64,000 nucleotides of DNA from an uncultured Gemmatimonadaceae bacterium. GTDB lineage: Bacteria; Gemmatimonadota; Gemmatimonadetes; Gemmatimonadales; Gemmatimonadaceae. The number at the start of each line of letters is the position of its first letter. The stretch's first letter is position 1. The notes under the pieces are model-generated. The model had not been told where the DNA came from and did not search any database. It worked only from the letters and a program-made list of their open reading frames with translations. Positions 56,920 to 64,000 of this stretch are shown one piece after another. The stretch covers positions 352,001-416,000 of the forward strand of contig CAWAGQ010000005.1 in NCBI GenBank assembly GCA_963781585.1, in the 5' to 3' direction. The translations under genes were made by a program, and so were the position numbers.

Positions 56920-57660
56920 GGAGCGCGGTGCTGGTCGCGACGCTGGCGTTGTCGCTCCCGGGCTGCACGCGCGGCCTGCGGCTGGTGGACGAGTCCGGGG
57001 CGCGGGTGGTCATCACCGGTGGTCCGTGGGCGAGCATGGTCTATCTGGCGGCCACCGATAGCGGCGTGATCGCCATCGACCTGGGCTGGGGTGGGGCGGA
57101 GCGGAAGATGCGGCAGGCGCTGACCGAGCTTGGCGCCACCCCTTCCGACGTGCGCTATGTCTTCCTCACCCACGCGCATCGTGATCATACCGCCGCCTGG
57201 CGCATCGTGCGTGGTGCCACGTTCGTACTCGGCGTGGCGGAGGTGCCGTTCTTCACGGGAACGGCCCGGTATCGCGGGCTGCTGCCGCGTATTGGCGATC
57301 GCCTGGTGCCGTACCCGCGGGCCGCAACCCGGCGAGCTGCACGTGCTGGCGTTAGGCGCGGACACGGCATTCGCCTTCGGTCGCGACACCGTCCTGGCCT
57401 TCGGCGTGCCGGGTCACACCGCGGGCAGCACCGCGTACCTGATGCGGAGCGTCCTGTTCGCGGGCGACGCGATCAACTGGCGGCCGTGGACCGGGTTTCG
57501 CGGGGCGCGTCCCGAGTTCTCGGATGATGTGGCGCGGAGCCGGGCCAGCATGCGAGCGCTCTGGCTGCGCGTGGATTCGTCGCGCGTGCACGTGGCGTGC
57601 AGCGCCCACGCCAAGTGTGGCCGCGTGACAGCGGCGGTTCGTGAGGCGACCAGCCGGTAG
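56916..57660 (+). pseudogene. MBL-fold metallo-hydrolase lipoprotein split by a +1 frameshift at about 57321 (pseudogene or sequence error)
   Basis: LPGC lipobox and LTHAHRDH in frame 56916; PGHTAGS, LFAGD and CSAH in the next frame ending at 57660; extra G in CGG-G-CCG. Confidence 0.75.
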
Positions 57661-57794
57661 GCGGGCGGACAACGTACCGACGGCCAGCCGAGGCACACCG
57701 TGCGCGCGAATTGCCACCCGGCAGCGCGGGCACTGCGGTTCAACCTCCGGGAGACCGTGCGGAGGAGCCACACAGACGGTTCCGGGTTGACCGT

Positions 57795-59516
57795 CTACTT
57801 CGGCCGCCGGGTCCGCAGGGTCCGTGCGGAGATCTCGCCTTGGCCGAGGGTGATCTGCGTGATGTGCACCGTGCGATCGTTGGCACGCACCGTCTCCACC
57901 TCGATCGGGATCCTGGTGGGGACATTGCAGAACACCACGATGCCCCTGGCGTCGGTGCGTGATTGCTGCCCGGGGAACCTCACGCTGGCGGGCTCCGACT
58001 CGGCCACGTCGGGAGCCGTCCAGTGAACCCAGACCCCCATCGTATCGAGCGGCGCATTCCGATCGGCATCGATCATCGTCAGGTGCAGCGTGCCATGTCC
58101 CCTGGCCGGCGTCTTGCCGTCACACAACCGTGCCGCAATCTCCGACGTGGTCGCCGCGCGGAGCGTGATGCGCTGCGTTTCCCCCTCGTCGAGCGAGACC
58201 GTCTCGTCGGCCGCCGGCATGCCGAGCGCGGAATACGCCGCGTGTTCGGCAATGATCGTGTGACTCCCGGCGGGCAGGCTGTCGAGCCGGAAGCGCCCCG
58301 CGCTGTCGACCGCGGTGGTGAACGGCGTTCCCGCCAGGCGCACGGTGGCACCGGCCAGCGGCGCTCCGGTGCTGTCGACGACCACGCCAGCTATGGTAGC
58401 CGGCTTCTCGAAGATGCGGATGCCCTCGGCGTAGACGTCGCCGCCTTCCTCGATGAGACGGTAGATTCCGGGGCGGATCAGGACGGTGGGCATGCGCGGA
58501 TCGACTCCCACCGGCGCGTCGCTGTAGTGGGCGAACTGCGGCATGCGAATGAACCACCGCCGCACGATCCAGGCACCGCTCTTGAGTCGAGCGAAGTGCA
58601 CTTCGCCGCCCACGTGTGACGTATCTCCGGAGGTCTGGAGACGCGTGTAGTGGAACTCCACCAGGCGAAGCTCGAAGGTCTTGGCATCGAGCCAGATCGT
58701 GCCGCGCACATCCGGGAGCTGGCGGGTCTTCACCGGTTCGAACGCGATGCCGACCATCCCACGCCGGTCCCGGCCACCGTTGACCGATGTGTAGCAATGG
58801 TCGCGCAGGAAGGCGTCCGACCTGAGCACGTCGGCGTCGGGCGCATTGAAGATGGTGGAACCGTCCGGCATTTCGCGCCAGTAACCCACCTTGGAGAGCG
58901 AGTCGCCGCTCAATCCGGAGAATCCCTTGTCCAGGATTCCCTTCATGTCGGAGCGGCTCTCGCTCAGCACGCGAAGATTTCGGGGATCGAGTTCGCGCAC
59001 GTAGCGCGAGATGCGGCCATTGAAGAGCCGGTCGCGGAGCGAGATCTGGGTGGCGGTGAGCGCCGTATGTGCCTCGTCCCAGAGCGACGCGACTTGCTCC
59101 GCCTGATTCGAGCGCGTCAGACAGAGCGAGCTGGCCGCCGAAACGACGACTTCGGGCAGCGTGTACAGCACCGCATCGAGCTCGACGTCGATCCGTTGCG
59201 TCTCGCCGGAACTGAGGGCGAGGACCGGTGAGACGAAGCGGCGTACCCCGATGCGTTTCGCCGTCACGACGTATTGTCCGGGGCCAGGTGCCTTCACCGA
59301 ATACTCACCGCGCTCATTGGTGAGAACGGACGCCAGCACGACCGGCGGTGCCTGAGAACCGGCAATCGGCGGACGTTCCAGCGACACCAGAACTCCCGAC
59401 AGCGCCAGCGAGGATGCGCGCTCGGTTACCGTGCCGCGCACCAGCTGGGCCGCAGCCGGTGCGGCCGGTGCGCAGAGGGCGAGGATGACGAGGAGTCTCG
59501 GCAACCGTTGGTTCAT
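57795..59516 (-). CDS. Secreted protein with two carboxypeptidase-regulatory-like domains
   Basis: Signal peptide; VRGTV..L.GV.V..TNERGEY..RIG and IAGVVVDSTGAPLAGATV..DSAGRFRLDSLPAG. Confidence 0.82.
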   Translation of the reverse strand: MNQRLPRLLVILALCAPAAPAAAQLVRGTVTERASSLALSGVLVSLERPPIAGSQAPPVVLASVLTNERGEYSVKAPGPGQYVVTAKRIGVRRFVSPVLALSSGETQRIDVELDAVLYTLPEVVVSAASSLCLTRSNQAEQVASLWDEAHTALTATQISLRDRLFNGRISRYVRELDPRNLRVLSESRSDMKGILDKGFSGLSGDSLSKVGYWREMPDGSTIFNAPDADVLRSDAFLRDHCYTSVNGGRDRRGMVGIAFEPVKTRQLPDVRGTIWLDAKTFELRLVEFHYTRLQTSGDTSHVGGEVHFARLKSGAWIVRRWFIRMPQFAHYSDAPVGVDPRMPTVLIRPGIYRLIEEGGDVYAEGIRIFEKPATIAGVVVDSTGAPLAGATVRLAGTPFTTAVDSAGRFRLDSLPAGSHTIIAEHAAYSALGMPAADETVSLDEGETQRITLRAATTSEIAARLCDGKTPARGHGTLHLTMIDADRNAPLDTMGVWVHWTAPDVAESEPASVRFPGQQSRTDARGIVVFCNVPTRIPIEVETVRANDRTVHITQITLGQGEISARTLRTRRPK

Positions 59517-59795
59517 GGAATCCCGTCGGCCGGCGATGAGAGTCACGACTTTCAGCGGCGACGCGACGGTGCCGCACAGATCGCCCCTCGCCGCGTCCAC
59601 ATGGCTCCGCCGCGCACGCCAGCCAATGGGTCACACTGTCCCAAATGGCGGCGGACCGCAAGCCGTCGACCACTTCTTCATCGAGAATTCATCTTCGTGT
59701 AATCCATCCCTCATGACGGCGTCACCTGCCGGGTGAACAATGACGGAGAGCGCGATGGGCGCTTGTGCCTGCTCACCCTGGCTTCGGAGATCACC

Positions 59796-60494
59796 ATGCA
59801 TCTCACGCTGCCCGAATCGGTTCACCCGCATGCCCGCGGTCCGGGCTGGGTGGTCGTGAGCGCCGCCGGTCACACGACGCTCCTGATCCTGCTGTTCGCG
59901 GCGCACGCGCGCCCCTCCAGCGCGGCCGCGGCTCCTCCGGAGGTGGTGCCCATCCAGTTCGCGGCGCTTCACCGGCCCGAGCCCACTCCCAGGACGGCGT
60001 TGTCCACGCCGGCGGCCCTGCCGCCCCGGGCTCCGACCGTCCCCAGCCTGCCCGTACCATCCGTGATCCTGCCAACGCTGCCGGAGCCATCCATCCGGGC
60101 CCCGGCGCTCGATCCTTCAGGCCACGGAATCGGGTCACCCATCGGCTTCGGGGATCCCGGTATATCGCCGGCCCCGTCGCTCCCGTCCGGCGGGGTGTTC
60201 GACGCGAGCGCCGTCGATCGGGCGGTGGAGCCCATTCGCGGGAACCCCACGCCGCAATACCCGCCGGCGCTCTCGTCCGCCGGCTTCGAGGGCAGCGTGA
60301 CGGTGCGCTTCGTGGTGGATACGTTAGGCACCGTGGAGCGGGGCTCGGTGACCGTGATACGTTCGAGCCACGCCCTGCTCGAGCAGTCGGTGCGCGAGGC
60401 ACTCATCCGCATGCGGTTCCTTCCGGCCGAAGCGCGCGGCAGGAAGGTGCGACAGCTGGTGGAACAGTCGTTCCAGTTTACCATCAGGCGCTAG
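59796..60494 (+). CDS. TonB family energy transducer (TonB C-terminal domain)
   Basis: N-terminal TM with SxxxH (SAAGH), Pro-rich linker, PQYP..G.EG.V..RFVVDT.G..F.PA..G.KV. Confidence 0.88.
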   Translation: MHLTLPESVHPHARGPGWVVVSAAGHTTLLILLFAAHARPSSAAAAPPEVVPIQFAALHRPEPTPRTALSTPAALPPRAPTVPSLPVPSVILPTLPEPSIRAPALDPSGHGIGSPIGFGDPGISPAPSLPSGGVFDASAVDRAVEPIRGNPTPQYPPALSSAGFEGSVTVRFVVDTLGTVERGSVTVIRSSHALLEQSVREALIRMRFLPAEARGRKVRQLVEQSFQFTIRR

Positions 60495-60546
60495 CCTCCA
60501 CGGTCCCGGCGGTACATTGGGGAGCATTCCCTCAGCCATCGTGCCC

Positions 60547-61506
60547 ATGTTCACGCTCTCGCTTCGCGAATTCGAGGCAACGCGCGCCCGCATCGCGCCG
60601 CACATCTACCGCACGCCGTTGCTCGGATCGCGCCAGTTGAGCGAACTCTCCGGGTACGAGGTCCGTCTCAAGGCGGAGCTGTTCCAGCGTGTGGGGTCGT
60701 ACAAGATCCGCGGCCCACTCAACAAGTTCGCCCTCATGCCCGAGGAGCAGAAACGGCGCGGCGTGGTGTGCTCGTCGGCGGGGAATCACGCGCAGGGGGT
60801 GGCGCTGGCGGCACGGATCCACGGGATTCGCGCCGTGGTCTGCATGGCGGAGAACGCCACCCCCTCGAAGATCGCGGCCACCCGTGGCTACGGCGCCGAA
60901 GTCGTGCTCCACGGCACCATCTGGGACGAGGCCGACGAGAAGGCCAGGGAACTGGTGCGCACCGAGGGCCTGACCTACGTCCACCCCTTCGACGACGAAC
61001 AACTCATCGCCGGACAGGGCACCCTGGGGCTCGAGATCGTGCAGGACTGGCCCGAGGTGGACGTGGTGGTGGTGCCGATCGGCGGCGGGGGTCTCATCTC
61101 CGGCGTCTCCATGGCGGTGAAAGCCCGCAATCCGGGTGCGCGAGTGATCGGCGTGGAGTCGTCGGACGGACCGGCCATGAAGGAAAGCATCCGGGCAGGG
61201 AAACTCGTGACCATCGACTGCAACACGATCATCGACGGTCTGCGGGTGAAACGGGTGGGGGAACTCAACTTCTCGGTGGTGCAGCGCTTCGTCGACGACA
61301 TCGTCGCGCTTCCCGATCGCGACATCTTCGACGCGATGATCTGGGTGATGGAACGATGCAAGCTGGTGGTGGAGGGCGCCGCGGCGGCGCCCGTCGCGGC
61401 GCTGTTGCACGGGCTGATCAAAGCGCCGCCGGGATCACGCGTGGCGGCCGTGCTGTCCGGCGGAAATCTGAATCTCGATCAGTTGCGCGGATTGAAGTGG
61501 AACTGA
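60547..61506 (+). CDS. Threonine/serine dehydratase (catalytic domain only)
   Basis: LKAELFQRVGSYKIRG (PLP Lys), SAGNHAQG, PIGGGGL, LSGGN. Confidence 0.92.
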   Translation: MFTLSLREFEATRARIAPHIYRTPLLGSRQLSELSGYEVRLKAELFQRVGSYKIRGPLNKFALMPEEQKRRGVVCSSAGNHAQGVALAARIHGIRAVVCMAENATPSKIAATRGYGAEVVLHGTIWDEADEKARELVRTEGLTYVHPFDDEQLIAGQGTLGLEIVQDWPEVDVVVVPIGGGGLISGVSMAVKARNPGARVIGVESSDGPAMKESIRAGKLVTIDCNTIIDGLRVKRVGELNFSVVQRFVDDIVALPDRDIFDAMIWVMERCKLVVEGAAAAPVAALLHGLIKAPPGSRVAAVLSGGNLNLDQLRGLKWN

Positions 61507-61545
61507 CCGGTAATCAGCAGCGGGCGGGCCACATGGCTCCTCCGC

Positions 61546-61905
61546 TCAGCTCGCAGCCGCGGCGCTTGCCTCTGCTGACTGGCGGCGCACCTCTGCCGCC
61601 ACCGTTGCGGCGACACTCGATGACGACATCCCGGACTCGCCCGCCAGCGACGTCAGCCCCAGTCCAAGCCCTTTGAGCGGATTCTTCCACAGTAGCGTGC
61701 CGGTAAGTGGGTCGAGACAGTAGACCTCGCCCCCGCAGGTCGCGAAGAGCACGTCGGCGTCCCGGAACACGCACACGAACGCCGATGAGCGAGCCATCGA
61801 ACCCCGCAGTAGGGTGCGCCAAGCCTCGCTGCCGTCTCGACGGTCGAGCGCGACGACGGTTCCCTTGATGCCGATGTACACGAGGCCGTGAGTGGGACGC
61901 GGCAT
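61546..61905 (-). CDS. Small PQQ-like beta-propeller repeat protein
   Basis: VVALDRRDGSEAW and VYCLDPLTGTLLW repeats; GGAG RBS. Confidence 0.78.
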   Translation of the reverse strand: MPRPTHGLVYIGIKGTVVALDRRDGSEAWRTLLRGSMARSSAFVCVFRDADVLFATCGGEVYCLDPLTGTLLWKNPLKGLGLGLTSLAGESGMSSSSVAATVAAEVRRQSAEASAAAAS

Positions 61906-62071
61906 GGGCAGGTCTCCTGGATGCGCCGCCAGCGCGTGACGGCAATGGCGTTCGGGATATGTCGCCTGGTGCGACGGGTGAGGCCGATCACAGCCGGCGC
62001 GCCGCTCTCGCGCCGGCGCCAGCCGCGCTCTATCGTATCGTCAGGTCCGCGGCTTCCTCCAGAGGTCGGTC

Positions 62072-63472
62072 ATGCACGTTCCTTCCACAGCACCCGCACC
62101 GGAGGCGCTCACACGCCGCGAGTTGCTCCGCGGTGCGCTCGCCGTGTCGGCCGCAACGGTCCTGCCGCCATTGAAATGGTCCGGAGCGACTCCGTGGGTA
62201 TTGACGGGATCGACGCTCCGTGGTTCGAACCTGGTCGACACCGCGCTCCGGGCGGAACACTGGATCGCGCGGTTCGCGCAGCAGAGCGAACGGGGAACCG
62301 CATGGCCGTGGAATCCCGCGGATGCCGCCGGAATCCAGTCGAATCTCTACACGGGCACGCCGGGCGTGGTGCTCTTCTACCTCGAGTTGCACCATGCCAC
62401 CGGCGACAACCGGGCGCTGGCGCAGGCACAGGCGGGCGCGAAATGGCTTGCGGCCATGCTGCCGGAAAACGCCAAGCTCGGTGACGGGGGGCTGTACACG
62501 GGGATGGCCGGCATCGCCTACACGCTCGAGATGGTGCATCGCGCCAGCGGCGAGGCACGGCACCGCGAGGCGTCGCTGCGTGCGCTGACCCTGTTGAAAC
62601 AGGCGGCCCAGCCGGCTGGGAAAGGCGTGGAGTGGTCCGAGAGCACGGACATCATCTCCGGCAGCGCGGGCATCGGCCTGTTCCTGCTGTGGGCGGACGC
62701 AGAAATGGGTGATGCGGAGTCGCGCGCGCTCGCCGTGAAAGCAGGGAGGCGCCTCATCGAGCGGGGAGTCCCTGAGCGGGGAGGCATGAAGTGGCTCGTC
62801 TCGCCGGCGATTCCCCGCAACTATCCCAACTTCTCGCACGGCACGGCCGGCGTGTCGTATTTCCTGGCGACGCTGCATCATGCCACGGGTGACCGGGCGT
62901 TCCTCGATGTCGCCGCGGCCGGCGCCCGTTACCTTGACGCCATCGCGGTGCCCACGCCTGACGATGGCCGGATGGTCTTCCACAGCGAGCCGGGAAACGA
63001 GCACCTCTACTACCTGAGCTGGTGCCATGGCCCGGCGGGTACCGCGCGGCTCTATCGCCGACTGGCCCAGGCGACCGCCGATCCGGCCTATGAGGCCCGC
63101 GTGGGTCAGCTCGCCCAGGCGATCGTCGACATGCACGTTCCCGAACGCTCGCCCGGGTTCTGGAACAACATCAGCCAGTGCTGCGGGAATTGCGGCGTGG
63201 TGGAGTTCTTCGTGGACCTGCATCGCCGCGACGGAGCGCCGCACCACCTGGAGTTCGCCGAACGCGTCACCGCCGACACGCTGCGACGCGGCTCCACCGA
63301 CAACGATGGCACGAAGTGGACGCAGGCGGAGAACCGCGTCCAACCGGACGTGCTCATCGCGCAGACCGGCCTGATGCAGGGGGCGTCCGGCGTCGGGATC
63401 GCCATGCTGCACCTGGATGGCGTGGCGGCCAACCGCGAGCCATTCGTGGTGCTGCCGGATAACCCGTTTTGA
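62072..63472 (+). CDS. LanC-like (lanthionine synthetase C-like) protein with Tat signal peptide
   Basis: TRRELL twin-arginine motif; seven GxxG toroid repeats (LYTGTPG, LYTGMAG, IISGSAG, FSHGTAG, WCHGPAG, CCGNCG, LMQGASG). Confidence 0.88.
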   Translation: MHVPSTAPAPEALTRRELLRGALAVSAATVLPPLKWSGATPWVLTGSTLRGSNLVDTALRAEHWIARFAQQSERGTAWPWNPADAAGIQSNLYTGTPGVVLFYLELHHATGDNRALAQAQAGAKWLAAMLPENAKLGDGGLYTGMAGIAYTLEMVHRASGEARHREASLRALTLLKQAAQPAGKGVEWSESTDIISGSAGIGLFLLWADAEMGDAESRALAVKAGRRLIERGVPERGGMKWLVSPAIPRNYPNFSHGTAGVSYFLATLHHATGDRAFLDVAAAGARYLDAIAVPTPDDGRMVFHSEPGNEHLYYLSWCHGPAGTARLYRRLAQATADPAYEARVGQLAQAIVDMHVPERSPGFWNNISQCCGNCGVVEFFVDLHRRDGAPHHLEFAERVTADTLRRGSTDNDGTKWTQAENRVQPDVLIAQTGLMQGASGVGIAMLHLDGVAANREPFVVLPDNPF

Positions 63473-63511
63473 GCACGGCCAGCGATTTGCTGCAGGCTCT
63501 CCCCCAGCGAG

Positions 63512-64000
63512 ATGCGGACGCTGGGGTATCGCGTGGTCGACATCATCATCGCGCATCTCGCCTCGCTCCCGGAGACCCGCGTTTCTCTGCAACGCACGCG
63601 AGCCGACCTCGAACAGTCTCTCGGCCGCGGGTTCCCCGACGATCCCACGCCGGCGGGCGATGTCCTGTCGCTGGTCGAACGGGAAGTCCTGACCGCGATG
63701 ATGCACGTGGATCACCCGCGGTTCTACGCATTCGTCCCGGGTCCGGGGAATTTCGTGGGCGTCATGGCCGATGCGCTGGCGTCGGGGTTCAACGTGTTCG
63801 CCGGACACTGGCTGGCGGCGTCGGGCGCCGGCGCCGTGGAGGTGCAGGCCATCGATTTTCTGCGACAGGAATGCGGGTTGCCCGCGGGTGCGGGGGGCCT
63901 GTTCGTGAGCGGTGGCTCGATGGCGAATCTCAGTGCCATCGCCACCGCGCGGCGCGTCCTGCTCGGCGACCCGGATCCGCAGGCGGTCGTGTACTACAGC
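63512..64000 (+). CDS. Group II PLP-dependent decarboxylase (aromatic-L-amino-acid/DABA decarboxylase-like), truncated by the window end
   Basis: Own translation: MRTLGYRVVD..HVDHPRFYAFVPGP..SGFN..GLFVSGGSMANL; not in the ORF track because the stop lies outside the window. Confidence 0.88.
   Translation, partial: MRTLGYRVVDIIIAHLASLPETRVSLQRTRADLEQSLGRGFPDDPTPAGDVLSLVEREVLTAMMHVDHPRFYAFVPGPGNFVGVMADALASGFNVFAGHWLAASGAGAVEVQAIDFLRQECGLPAGAGGLFVSGGSMANLSAIATARRVLLGDPDPQAVVYYS

Noticed and set aside
61546..63472. Lanthipeptide biosynthetic cluster with 61546-61905 as precursor
   Set aside because: The small ORF has PQQ-type propeller repeats and no leader/core layout; no dehydratase of the LanB/LanM/LanKC type is in the window.

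Overview
64 kb of high-GC bacterial chromosome, densely coding and mostly on the + strand. The protein repertoire is suggestive of Gemmatimonadota, but that is inference. No integrase, transposase, prophage, rRNA or CRISPR array was seen; there is one tRNA (Phe-GAA). Housekeeping content: ddl, queF, NAD salvage (pncB-like, pnuC, nadR-like), SahR-like regulator with ahcY, ribosomal peptide THX, fpg, peptidases, alaX, actP. Three blocks stand out. (1) 41.3-57.7 kb: glycogen/alpha-glucan genes (glgP, glgA, two GH57) run directly into two esterases, three different ATP-dependent amide ligases (ATP-grasp, circularly permuted ATP-grasp, GCS2/YbdK) and a gamma-glutamyl hydrolase; this is a candidate uncharacterised non-ribosomal peptide or peptide-glucan system. 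(2) 13.5-20.3 kb: a wecB / YaiO-like barrel / membrane protein / processive GT2 / beta-helix operon (synthase-type exopolysaccharide), followed by a PEP-CTERM gene with a sigma54-type promoter. (3) 60.5-64 kb: a stand-alone, Tat-signal-bearing LanC-like protein flanked by PLP enzymes. Other oddities: a QueE-like protein lacking its radical-SAM cysteines, a QueF with an active-site-loop insertion, a small AP2-like basic protein, a PfpI remnant beside the tRNA, and several single-base frameshifts that may be assembly errors. All family calls are from motif recognition by eye; no searches were run and start codons are best guesses.
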